DNA from: Megasphaera elsdenii DSM 20460
GTDB taxonomy: Bacteria; Bacillota; Negativicutes; Veillonellales; Megasphaeraceae
DNA length: 32,000 bases
Assembly (NCBI RefSeq): GCF_003010495.1
Contig: NZ_CP027570.1
Location: forward strand, 1,680,001 to 1,712,000
Direction: 5' to 3'
In this document: piece by piece, positions 17,201-25,934 of the stretch
Layout: every line of letters starts with the position of its first letter
Position numbering within the stretch: position 1 is the stretch's first letter
Position numbers and translations under genes: made by a program
Notes under the pieces: generated by a model
What the model was told of the DNA's origin: nothing
What the model saw: the letters and a program-made list of their open reading frames with translations, nothing else
Database searches by the model: none

Positions 17201-17998
17201 ATGCAGTTACTATTGAACGGAAAGAAAATGACTTGTCCCTGTGACCACCTGGAAGACTTGAAAGCCGCCTATGGCAGTGGACAGGAAATCACCGTCGTCA
17301 ACGGCTTTGCCACGACAGAGAACTTAGCCCTGAAAGAGGGCGATGAAATCTATTTCATCCCGAAAGACCGGCTGCCGCCGAAAGAAGCGCTGGAAGGCAT
17401 GATGTGTTCCCGCCATACGCCGAAAGTCCACCAGAAAGTCAGCGCCGGCCGCGTCGCCATCTGCGGTCTTGGCGGTCTGGGCTCTAACGCCGCCGTCTAC
17501 CTGGCCCGGACCGGCGTCGGCCATCTGCACCTCATTGACTTCGATACGGTCGATGCCAGCAACTTGAACCGTCAGTCCTACATGGTCCGCGACCTGGGCC
17601 AGCGCAAGACCGATGCCCTGGCCCGGCAGATTGCGGACATCAATCCCTTCATCGATGTCCGCACGGACTTCGTCCGCCTTACGGAAGACAACGTACCGAC
17701 TATCCTGAAAGACGACCAGGTCATCTGTGAAGCCTTCGACAATCCCGATGCCAAGACCATGCTCGTCCACACCGTCTTGGAACAATGTCCCGATAAATAC
17801 ATCGTCTCCGCTTCCGGCATGGCCGGCTACGGCGACAGCAACGCCATCGAAACAAAAAAAATCACTAGCCATTTCTATATCTGCGGCGACCAGACGCGGA
17901 ACGCCAAGCCTGGCCGCGGCCTCATGGCCCCGCGCGTCGCCATCTGTGCCGGCCACGAAGCCAACCTGATCCTGAAGCTCCTGGTCGACGTCTTGTAA
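17201..17998 (+). CDS. ThiS-like beta-grasp domain fused to ThiF/MoeB-family E1-like adenylyltransferase
   Basis: The N-terminal ~65 aa resemble ThiS (MQLLLNGKKM..VVNGF..LKEGDEIYFI) but have no terminal GG. The C-terminal domain has GLGGLGSN and IDFDTVDASNLNRQ E1 motifs. Start refined to ATG 17201 (GAGGGG RBS). Confidence 0.75.
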   Translation: MQLLLNGKKMTCPCDHLEDLKAAYGSGQEITVVNGFATTENLALKEGDEIYFIPKDRLPPKEALEGMMCSRHTPKVHQKVSAGRVAICGLGGLGSNAAVYLARTGVGHLHLIDFDTVDASNLNRQSYMVRDLGQRKTDALARQIADINPFIDVRTDFVRLTEDNVPTILKDDQVICEAFDNPDAKTMLVHTVLEQCPDKYIVSASGMAGYGDSNAIETKKITSHFYICGDQTRNAKPGRGLMAPRVAICAGHEANLILKLLVDVL

Positions 17999-18000
17999 AT

Positions 18001-18043
18001 GCCTCTCCTCATAGGAGAGGTGGCCCGCAGGGCCGGAGAGGTT
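18001..18043 (+). repeat. Double-hairpin element copy 2
   Basis: GCCTCTCCTCATAGGAGAGGTGGCCCGCAGGGCCGGAGAGGTT begins 3 nt after the thiF-like stop codon. It has the same architecture as 16626-16664. Confidence 0.6.
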
Positions 18044-18146
18044 TATTGGTAGTACGGAGCTAGAATAAACAATAGAATAGGGAGGGCTACTCTTTTTGTT
18101 TCTCGCAATTCTTGTTATAATGAAATGAAAGAAAGCGGGTGAGGCT

Positions 18147-19511
18147 ATGAAGTGGCAGATGCCGATTGGTGTCGATAATTTTTGGGATATACGGAGCAAG
18201 CATTATTATTTCATCGATAAGACGGACTTTATCCGCCAGCTCATCGACGGGCACAGTGCGGTGACGCTGATTACGCGGCCCCGGCGGTTCGGCAAGACCT
18301 TGACGCTGAGTATGCTGGAGTATTTTTTTTCCATTGAAAAAGAAGTACAGAGCCGCCATCTCTTTGACGGCCTGGCTATCGACCGGGCCGGGGCGGATTA
18401 CATGGCCCAGCGCGGCCAGTATCCGGTTATTTTCATGTCTTTTAAAGGGATGCAGCAGAATACTTGGCCTGGCATGTTCCAATCTTTCCGGCTTTGGATT
18501 CAGCGGGAGTTTAACAAATATGAATTTTTATTGCAAGGTAATCTCTTAAATGAGGTGGAGAAAAATGCCTTTCACCGTATTGTCTGGCAGCAGGCAACGC
18601 CTGAAGAGTATCAGCTCAGCTTGTTGAATTTATCAGAATATTTATTCCGTTATTATCGGGTGAAACCGATTATATTGATTGATGAATACGATACGCCTTT
18701 GCAGACGGCCTATAGCCATGGGTTTTATGATCAGGCCATCGCTTATTTCCGGACGTTTTTTAATAATACCCTGAAGGGCAATGAGTTTTTGAATTTTGCT
18801 ATCTTAACGGGGGTCTTGCGTATTGCTAAGGAGAGCATCTTTAGTGGTCTGAACAATCTCGATGTGTATTCCGTTATGGATGAGGAATACAGTTCTGTCA
18901 TGGGTTTCACAACGGCAGAAGTAGAAAAAATGGCCGGTGATTTACAGGCTGATGCCTTATTGCCTCGATTAAAGGCTTGGTATGATGGCTATCGTTTCGG
19001 ACATCATGAAATTTATAATCCCTGGTCGGTCATTTCCTGTTTTGCTAAAAGGCGTATTGGAGATTACTGGGTCAATACGTCGGCCAATGAAATCATTGCG
19101 ACCCTGCTGCAGGGCCCCTCTAAAAGACAGGAAGAACGATTATTAGCTTTGTTGCAAGGAAAAACTGTGTCGGCTGTTATTCGCGAAGGGCTGATTTATC
19201 AGGATATACGCATGGATAAAGATGCCCTATATACGTTGTTGTTGACAACCGGTTATTTGACGGCTGTCTGGCGGCAGGATATTCCCAATGGGATGCTTTG
19301 CCAATTAAAGATCCCTAATGAAGAAGTGCGCCATGTGTTTCAGAGTGAAATCCTTGACCGCTTTTGTGCGGATGGAGATGTTTCTCGCTTCGGAATTCCG
19401 CCAGCGGGGGATACATCAGGTATGGAAGTACGGTATCGCCTTTTGCGGGAAAAAAATCCTTGCATTTCAAGGGCCAATGTGCTAAACTATTCTAGCATAG
19501 GTTTTGAATGA
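18147..19511 (+). CDS. AAA-ATPase-like (PF09820-type) protein, apparently lacking the usual C-terminal PD-(D/E)XK nuclease domain
   Basis: N-terminus MPIGVDNFWDIRSKHYYFIDKTDFIRQLID..ITRPRRFGKT and later TGYLT..LKIPNEEVRHVF are typical of this family. The last ~45 aa look unrelated to the family and run into the rpmE promoter. The gene is visibly more AT-rich than its neighbours. Confidence 0.6.
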   Translation: MKWQMPIGVDNFWDIRSKHYYFIDKTDFIRQLIDGHSAVTLITRPRRFGKTLTLSMLEYFFSIEKEVQSRHLFDGLAIDRAGADYMAQRGQYPVIFMSFKGMQQNTWPGMFQSFRLWIQREFNKYEFLLQGNLLNEVEKNAFHRIVWQQATPEEYQLSLLNLSEYLFRYYRVKPIILIDEYDTPLQTAYSHGFYDQAIAYFRTFFNNTLKGNEFLNFAILTGVLRIAKESIFSGLNNLDVYSVMDEEYSSVMGFTTAEVEKMAGDLQADALLPRLKAWYDGYRFGHHEIYNPWSVISCFAKRRIGDYWVNTSANEIIATLLQGPSKRQEERLLALLQGKTVSAVIREGLIYQDIRMDKDALYTLLLTTGYLTAVWRQDIPNGMLCQLKIPNEEVRHVFQSEILDRFCADGDVSRFGIPPAGDTSGMEVRYRLLREKNPCISRANVLNYSSIGFE

Positions 19512-19535
19512 TTGATACAGAAAGAGGTGTAAGTG

Positions 19536-19745
19536 GTGAAAGAAGGTATTCATCCGAAGTACTACCCGAATGCGAAAGTTACTTGCGCATGCGGCAATAC
19601 GTTTGAAACAGGTTCTACGAAACCGGAACTGCGTGTTGAAATTTGCTCCAAATGCCATCCGTTCTTTACGGGTCAGCAGCGTGCTCAGCAGGCTCGTGGC
19701 CGTATCGAACAGTTCAATAAACGTTATGGTAAAACAGCTAAATAA
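19536..19745 (+). CDS. rpmE: 50S ribosomal protein L31 (Zn-ribbon type A)
   Basis: [30 protein letters not shown] 19536 is preferred over GTG 19533 because L31 normally starts MK.GIHP. AAGAGGTG RBS. Confidence 0.9.
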   Translation: MKEGIHPKYYPNAKVTCACGNTFETGSTKPELRVEICSKCHPFFTGQQRAQQARGRIEQFNKRYGKTAK

Positions 19746-19763
19746 GCAGCAGTACAAGTGGGC

Positions 19764-19793
19764 AGCAGAGCAGAAATGCTCTGCTCTATTTGT
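19764..19793 (+). terminator. Hairpin after rpmE (weak terminator/attenuator)
   Basis: 9-bp stem AGCAGAGCA-gaaa-TGCTCTGCT followed by CTATTTGT. The T-run is imperfect. Confidence 0.45.
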
Positions 19794-19817
19794 ATGTACA
19801 GAAATGGAGGCAACTCT

Positions 19818-20711
19818 TTGAAGAAACCGAAGACGTACGTCGGCGGCCAGGCCGTCATCGAAGGGGTTATGATGCGCGGTCCTGTCAGCATTGCTACGGC
19901 AGTGCGGACGCCGTCCGGTGAGATTACTGTAAAAAAAGACGCCGTTCATTCCATTACCGAACGGTATCCGATTTTGAAGAAGCCTTTTTTGCGGGGCAGC
20001 GTCGCCTTGTGTGAGTCCCTGGTATACGGCATGAAGAGCCTGTCCTATTCGGCCCAGGCTGCCGGAGAGGAAGATGAACAGCTGACGAATACGCAGATGG
20101 CCCTGACCATGGCCGTTTCCGTCGTCCTGGCTATCGTCTTTTTCCTGGCCATCCCGACGTATGCGGCGAAATTCATTCCCGGTGTCGCCGACAGTGCCGT
20201 TCGCCTGAACGTCGTCGAAGGGGTCCTGCGCCTCGCTATATTTCTATTATATATATGGGGGATTTCCCTGACGTCGGACATCCGCCGCGTTTTTGAATAC
20301 CATGGGGCCGAACACAAGACCATCTGGACGTATGAATCGGGAGAGGAACTGACCGTCGAGAACGTCAAACGACATAGCCGCCTCCATCCGCGGTGCGGTA
20401 CGAATTTCCTGCTCATCGTCATGGTCGTGTCGATTTTTGTCTTTGCCTTCCTGGGCTGGCCGAATCTCATCGAGCGCATTGCTTCCCGCGTGCTGCTCAT
20501 GCCTGTCGTCGCCGGCATCAGTTATGAAATGATACGCCTCGCCGGCCGCACCCAGAATCCGGTCATTCAAGCCTTATTCCGTCCGGGCCTGTGGCTCCAG
20601 TATCTGACGACGCGGGAACCCTATGCCGACCAGATCGAAGTGGCTATCGAAGCCCTCAACGCCGCCAAGCCGGCTGATGAAGAAAGTGATGAATCTAGCG
20701 AATTGAAATGA
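19818..20711 (+). CDS. DUF1385 (YqhQ-like) integral membrane protein
   Basis: [15 protein letters not shown] near the N-terminus, EYHGAEHK and HPRCGT motifs, several TM helices. Start refined to TTG 19818 (GGAGG 7 nt upstream), downstream of the rpmE hairpin. Confidence 0.7.
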   Translation: MKKPKTYVGGQAVIEGVMMRGPVSIATAVRTPSGEITVKKDAVHSITERYPILKKPFLRGSVALCESLVYGMKSLSYSAQAAGEEDEQLTNTQMALTMAVSVVLAIVFFLAIPTYAAKFIPGVADSAVRLNVVEGVLRLAIFLLYIWGISLTSDIRRVFEYHGAEHKTIWTYESGEELTVENVKRHSRLHPRCGTNFLLIVMVVSIFVFAFLGWPNLIERIASRVLLMPVVAGISYEMIRLAGRTQNPVIQALFRPGLWLQYLTTREPYADQIEVAIEALNAAKPADEESDESSELK

Positions 20712-20721
20712 GGAGGACCTT

Positions 20722-21810
20722 ATGAGCTCTTTTATGGATAAAGTCCAGGCCGTAGAAAATAAATTCATGGACCTGGAACAGCAGATCAGCGACCCGTCTG
20801 TCATTGCCCGTCAGGACGAATGGCAGAAACTGACGAAGGAACACGCTTCGCTGATGCCAATCGTAGAAACGTTCCGCAAGTACGAAGACATTACCAGCAC
20901 TATCGACGGCGACAAGGAAATCATCGACGATCCCGACAGCGACAACGACCTCATCGCCATGGCCAAGGAAGAAATGAACGGCCTCACCAAGGAACAGGCC
21001 GACCTGGAAGACCAGTTGCACGTCCTCATGCTGCCCAAGGACCCGCGGGATGACAAGAACGTCATCATGGAAATCCGCGCCGGTGCCGGTGGCGACGAAG
21101 CGGCCCTCTTTGCAGGTGACTTGTTCCGCATGTACATGAAATATATTGAAAAACAGCCGGGCTGGAAGACCAGCATCATCAGTTCTAATGCACCGGAACT
21201 GGGCGGCTTCAAGGAAGTTGTCTTCTCCGTCGAAGGTTCCGGCGTCTATGGCAAATTGAAATATGAATCAGGTGTTCATCGCGTCCAGCGCGTGCCTGTC
21301 ACCGAAGCCGGCGGCCGTATCCACACGTCGACGGCAACCGTCGCCGTCCTGCCGGAAGCAGAAGACGTCGAAATCGACCTCAATATGGACGACGTCCGCG
21401 TCGACTATTTCCGCGCCTCCGGGGCCGGCGGCCAGCACGTCAACAAGACGAGTTCTGCCGTACGCATGACCCATATCCCGACGGGGATGGTCGTCGAATG
21501 TCAGGACGAACGGTCCCAGCTGGAAAACCGTGCCAAAGCCTTGCGCGTCTTGAAAGCCCGTCTCCTTGACCAGGCCCAGCAGAAGGCCGATGCCGAATTG
21601 ACAGAAGAACGGCGCAGCCAGGTCGGTACCGGCGACCGCAGCGAACGCATCCGCACGTATAACTTCCCTCAGGGCCGCGTGACGGACCATCGCATCAACC
21701 TGACGTTGTACAAACTGGATAACATCCTCAACGGCGATATTGACGAATTTATCCAAGCTTTGGCTGAAGCCCGCCGGGCCGAATTGATGAAAGAAGCCGA
21801 AGATGAATAA
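20722..21810 (+). CDS. prfA: Peptide chain release factor 1
   Basis: 362 aa with the GGQ motif ([11 protein letters not shown]) and a PxT-type codon-recognition tripeptide (RVPVTE). Confidence 0.95.
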   Translation: MSSFMDKVQAVENKFMDLEQQISDPSVIARQDEWQKLTKEHASLMPIVETFRKYEDITSTIDGDKEIIDDPDSDNDLIAMAKEEMNGLTKEQADLEDQLHVLMLPKDPRDDKNVIMEIRAGAGGDEAALFAGDLFRMYMKYIEKQPGWKTSIISSNAPELGGFKEVVFSVEGSGVYGKLKYESGVHRVQRVPVTEAGGRIHTSTATVAVLPEAEDVEIDLNMDDVRVDYFRASGAGGQHVNKTSSAVRMTHIPTGMVVECQDERSQLENRAKALRVLKARLLDQAQQKADAELTEERRSQVGTGDRSERIRTYNFPQGRVTDHRINLTLYKLDNILNGDIDEFIQALAEARRAELMKEAEDE

Positions 21811-22660
21811 GATTTGGACTATCGGTGCCTTGCTGCAATGGACGCAACAGTATTTTGCCGGCAAAGGCATCGATTCGCCGCGCCTCGATGCGGAAATTCT
21901 CTTGGCCCATGTCCTGCATAAAGAGCGCATCTATCTGTACGCCCATTATGACGAACCCCTGAACGGCGAAGAACTGGCAGCCTACCGGGCAATGGTCAAA
22001 AAGCGGGCCGACCGATTATCGGTGGCCCATATCCTAGGCACCAAAGCTTTCATGGGCCTCGATTTCAAGGTCAGTGAAGACGTCCTCATCCCCAGGCCGG
22101 AAACGGAAATGCTCGTCGAGACCGTCGTCACCGCTGCCGAAGGGACGGCGCCGGTCATCATCGACATCGGTACGGGCAGCGGGGCCATCGTCCTCAGCCT
22201 GCTCCATTACCTGCCGCAGGCGACGGGGACTGGCGTCGACATCTCGACCAAGGCCCTGGCTATAGCTACTGGAAATGGCCGTTCCCTGGGACTCGACGAC
22301 CGCGTGACCTGGATTGAAAGCGATTTATTCACACAGGTTCCGCCTGGCACCTGTGACTGGCTGGTATCCAATCCGCCTTATCTGACGCAGGGCGATATGG
22401 AACAGCTCCAGCCGGAAGTACGCCACGATCCGGCGCTGGCCCTGTACGGCGGCGACGACGGCTTGGACTTCTATCGCCGCATTGCCGCAGACAGCCCGGC
22501 TTATGTCAAGGTTGGCGGCCACTGCGCTGTCGAAATCGGCGCCGGCCAGGCAGACGACGTGACAGCGATTTTCTGTACAGGTGGTGCCTATGAGCATGAC
22601 CAGACCGTCAAGGATTACGGCGGCATAGACAGGGTCCTCGTATTTTCCAGAAAAGGGTAG
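21803..22660 (+). CDS. prmC: Release-factor glutamine N5-methyltransferase
   Basis: [12 protein letters not shown]-binding motif and NPPY catalytic motif. Overlaps prfA by 8 nt, the classical prfA-prmC pairing. Confidence 0.9.
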   Translation: MNKIWTIGALLQWTQQYFAGKGIDSPRLDAEILLAHVLHKERIYLYAHYDEPLNGEELAAYRAMVKKRADRLSVAHILGTKAFMGLDFKVSEDVLIPRPETEMLVETVVTAAEGTAPVIIDIGTGSGAIVLSLLHYLPQATGTGVDISTKALAIATGNGRSLGLDDRVTWIESDLFTQVPPGTCDWLVSNPPYLTQGDMEQLQPEVRHDPALALYGGDDGLDFYRRIAADSPAYVKVGGHCAVEIGAGQADDVTAIFCTGGAYEHDQTVKDYGGIDRVLVFSRKG

Positions 22661-22665
22661 ATACT

Positions 22666-23718
22666 ATGAAACAGACGAAGCTTGTAGAAATTACGGATAT
22701 AGAGAAACAGAAAGCCATCCTCGAAGAAGCGGGCCGTATCATCCGCGACGGCGGCCTGGTCGTCTTTCCGACGGAAACGGTTTACGGTATCGGTGCCAAC
22801 GGCCTCGATGCCGACGCCTGCCGCAGCATTTACGTCGCCAAAGGCCGTCCCAGCGATAATCCGCTCATCCTGACGGTGCCCGATGAAGAAGGGGCCCGCC
22901 AGGCAGCAGCTGTCATCCCGCCGACGGCACAGAAGCTCATGGACCGCTTTTGGCCGGGACCGCTGACTATCGTCTTGCCGCGAAAGCCCATCGTACCCGA
23001 TGCGGCGACTGGCGGCCTCGATACGGTGGCCCTGCGCTGCCCAGATCATGATATCTGCCGGGCTTTCCTGCGCTGTGCCGGTGTCCCCGTTGCCGGTCCC
23101 AGTGCCAACTTGTCGACCCGGCCCAGTCCGACGACGGCAGAAGAAGTCATGCACGACATGGATGGCCGCGTCGATATGGTCATCGATGGCGGTCCTTGTC
23201 ATATCGGCGTCGAATCGACCATCGTCGAATGTAACGGCGATGACGGTGTCACCATCCTGCGTCCCGGCGGTGTTACCATCGAGATGCTGCAGGAAGTCGT
23301 ACCTCATGTCCGGCTTGACACGACACTGGTCACGGGGAAGGGCGTCCCCAAGGCGCCGGGCATGAAATATCGCCACTATGCGCCGTCGGCACCGATGACG
23401 GTTGTCGTCGGCCCTGTCGATAAGGTAACGGAAAAACTGCAAGCCTTATACGACCAGGCCAAGGGCGAAGGCAAGACCGTCGGTTTTTTGGTCAGCGAAG
23501 AAGTAGGAGCTTCGTTCCCTCATAAGGATATGTATATCTGGGGCCGTCATGGCGACAAGGAAGCCTTGGCCAATCAGCTCTATACGGGCCTCTTGTCCTT
23601 TGACAGTGACAAAGTCGACGTCATCCTGGCCGAAGGCATTGATGATGAAGGCCTGGGCCTGGCTATCATGAACCGCATGAAGAAAGCCGCCGGTGGTCAC
23701 GTAGTCATTGTCGGTTAA
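22666..23718 (+). CDS. tsaC: L-threonylcarbamoyladenylate synthase (long YwlC/Sua5 type)
   Basis: FPTETVYGIGAN, KGRPSDNPLI and SANLS motifs plus a C-terminal Sua5-type domain. Confidence 0.9.
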   Translation: MKQTKLVEITDIEKQKAILEEAGRIIRDGGLVVFPTETVYGIGANGLDADACRSIYVAKGRPSDNPLILTVPDEEGARQAAAVIPPTAQKLMDRFWPGPLTIVLPRKPIVPDAATGGLDTVALRCPDHDICRAFLRCAGVPVAGPSANLSTRPSPTTAEEVMHDMDGRVDMVIDGGPCHIGVESTIVECNGDDGVTILRPGGVTIEMLQEVVPHVRLDTTLVTGKGVPKAPGMKYRHYAPSAPMTVVVGPVDKVTEKLQALYDQAKGEGKTVGFLVSEEVGASFPHKDMYIWGRHGDKEALANQLYTGLLSFDSDKVDVILAEGIDDEGLGLAIMNRMKKAAGGHVVIVG

Positions 23719-23788
23719 ACCTTTTCACACGACTCCGAAAGGGGTATAATAAAACTGAATTTATCAGCATACATGGGAGGAATTGATT

Positions 23789-24226
23789 ATGAAATTAGTA
23801 CTCGGCGCCGATCACGGCGGATTTGACCTGAAGGAAAACATCAAAGAATATTTGAAGGAACAAGGCATTGAATTCACCGATTACGGCACTTTGACGGGCG
23901 AACGCTGCGATTATCCGGACATTGCCAAGAAAGTCGCTGAAGCCGTCGCTGACGGTACCTTCGACCGGGGCATCCTCGTCTGCGGCACGGGCATCGGCAT
24001 CGGCATTGCTGCCAACAAAGTCCACGGCATCCGGGCAGCTCTCTGCCACGACTGCTTCTCAGCAGAATATTGCCGCCGCCATAATGACGCTAACATCCTG
24101 ACCATGGGCGGCCGCGTCATCGGTCCGGGCCTGGCCAGAGAAATCGTCCGCATCTTCCTCTCCACTGGTTTTGATGGCGGCCGCCACGCAGTCCGCGTCG
24201 CCAAAATTGCAGAAATGGATAAATAG
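23789..24226 (+). CDS. rpiB: Ribose-5-phosphate isomerase B
   Basis: [44 protein letters not shown] 23789 with GGGAGG 8 nt upstream. Confidence 0.9.
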   Translation: MKLVLGADHGGFDLKENIKEYLKEQGIEFTDYGTLTGERCDYPDIAKKVAEAVADGTFDRGILVCGTGIGIGIAANKVHGIRAALCHDCFSAEYCRRHNDANILTMGGRVIGPGLAREIVRIFLSTGFDGGRHAVRVAKIAEMDK

Positions 24227-24243
24227 GAAAGGAGATTTCACAC

Positions 24244-24867
24244 ATGCACGTACAAGTAATGGACCATCCGCTCATTCAGCACAAAGTCACGCTCATGCGG
24301 AAAAAGGAAACAGGTTCGAAAGATTTCCGCAACCTCTTGGAAGAAATCACCATGCTCATGGGTTACGAAATTACACGGGACCTGCCTTTAGAAGATGTTG
24401 AAATCGAAACGCCTGTCGCCAAAATGATGGGTAAACAGATCAGCGGCAAGAAATTGGGCATCGTCCCGGTTCTGCGCGCTGGCTTGGGTATGGTACAGGG
24501 CATGCTCAACCTCATCCCGACGGCTAAAGTCGGCCATATCGGTCTCTACCGCGACCCGCAGACGCTGGAACCGGTCGAATATTACTGCAAGCTGCCTGAT
24601 GTCGAAGACCGCGATTTCATCATCGTCGACCCCATGCTGGCTACGGGCGGCAGTGCTTCCGCTGCCATTACGCTGCTGAAAGAAAAGGGCATCAAGAACA
24701 TCAAGCTCATGTGCCTCGTCGCAGCTCCCCAGGGCGTCCAGAAAGTCAATGCCGACCATCCCGACGTCCGCATCTACGTCGCTGCTCTCGATGACAAACT
24801 CAACGACCAAGGCTATATCGTCCCCGGCTTAGGCGATGCCGGCGACCGCATTTTCGGCACGAAATAA
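24244..24867 (+). CDS. upp: Uracil phosphoribosyltransferase
   Basis: [48 protein letters not shown]. Confidence 0.95.
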   Translation: MHVQVMDHPLIQHKVTLMRKKETGSKDFRNLLEEITMLMGYEITRDLPLEDVEIETPVAKMMGKQISGKKLGIVPVLRAGLGMVQGMLNLIPTAKVGHIGLYRDPQTLEPVEYYCKLPDVEDRDFIIVDPMLATGGSASAAITLLKEKGIKNIKLMCLVAAPQGVQKVNADHPDVRIYVAALDDKLNDQGYIVPGLGDAGDRIFGTK

Positions 24868-24943
24868 TCGTTCATCGACGTAGAGGCCGCCATAATCGGC
24901 GGCCTGCTCGGCTTCGCCAAACGAATCACGCCAAACGACCCAC

Positions 24944-24975
24944 AAAAAAAGCCTGCCGCAAGGCAGGCTTTTTTT
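24944..24975. terminator. Bidirectional intrinsic terminator between convergent upp and metA
   Basis: AAAAAAA-GCCTGCC-gcaa-GGCAGGC-TTTTTTT. The T-run overlaps the metA stop codon. Confidence 0.85.
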
Positions 24976-25909
24976 AATGCGCACAAGGATGAACCTTGGC
25001 GATAGCTTGTAAATCATAAGGTGTTTCTTGATAGACGATATTCAGCCAGTTATGATAGAACAGGTGGGCGTAGCTGCACCACGTGAAATATGGCCTCTTC
25101 GTATCGTTGTCATTCGGATAGTAGTTCTTGGGCACTGCAATGGGCAGGCCCTTTTTCTTATCCCGCAGGTATTCCTCTTCCAGGGTCCGCCGGTCGTACT
25201 CGAAGTGACCGAGGACGAAGAAACGGCGGTGATCCGGCGTACCGATGATGTTGATACCGTTTTCGACGGACCGTGAGAGGATGTCGAGCTGCGGCGTATT
25301 ATAGACTTGGATGTCGTTAATCGCCGTATGCCGCGACTGGGGGATGAAGTAACGGTCATCGAAGCCCCGCAAGAGGGGGTGGTGCTTCTGGGTCAGCTGG
25401 TATTCAAAGATACCGAAGAGCTTGGCCGGCAGGAGCCGCTTTTCGATGCCATAGTAGTAATACAGGGCTGCCTGGGCGCCCCAGCAGAAGTGGAGCGTCG
25501 AGAAGGCATGTGTCTTGGCCCATTCAAAGTATGTCTTCATTTCCGGCCAGTAGTCGACAGACTCGAAAGGAATCTGTTCGACTGGGGCGCCGGTAATGAT
25601 GAAACCGTCATAGTAATTATCCTTGATTTCATCGAAGACGTAGTAGTTTTCTTCTAAATAAGACGGATCGGTGTGGGTGCTCTCATGAGTTTCTGTGTGG
25701 CAGAAGTCCACTTCGACCTGGAGCGGCGAATCACCGAGGAGGCGGAGAAGCTGCAGCTCTGTCGGTTTCTTCAAAGGCATCAAGTTGAGGATAAGGATAC
25801 GCAAAGGCCGTATATCCTGATGGAGGGCCATTCCCTTATCGATGGTGAAGATACCTTCTTCGTGAAGTTTTTCCTTGGCGGAAAGACCGTCAGCAATTTT
25901 AATAGGCAT
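24974..25909 (-). CDS. metA: Homoserine O-acyltransferase MetA (acetyl/succinyl specificity not resolvable)
   Basis: MPIKI..QDIRPLRILILNLMP..TELQLLRLL and the overall 311-aa MetA/HTS architecture. AAGGAG RBS. Confidence 0.9.
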   Translation of the reverse strand: MPIKIADGLSAKEKLHEEGIFTIDKGMALHQDIRPLRILILNLMPLKKPTELQLLRLLGDSPLQVEVDFCHTETHESTHTDPSYLEENYYVFDEIKDNYYDGFIITGAPVEQIPFESVDYWPEMKTYFEWAKTHAFSTLHFCWGAQAALYYYYGIEKRLLPAKLFGIFEYQLTQKHHPLLRGFDDRYFIPQSRHTAINDIQVYNTPQLDILSRSVENGINIIGTPDHRRFFVLGHFEYDRRTLEEEYLRDKKKGLPIAVPKNYYPNDNDTKRPYFTWCSYAHLFYHNWLNIVYQETPYDLQAIAKVHPCAH

Positions 25910-25934
25910 AGTGCATTTCTCCTTATCTTAGTTC

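Noticed and set aside
24883-24904. Hairpin AGGCCGCC-ataatc-GGCGGCCT after upp, considered as a separate terminator or REP unit
   Set aside because: It has no T-run and no GTAG head, so it is not a member of the REP family seen elsewhere. The canonical bidirectional terminator lies 40 nt further on at 24944-24975. It may simply be an mRNA-stabilising stem.
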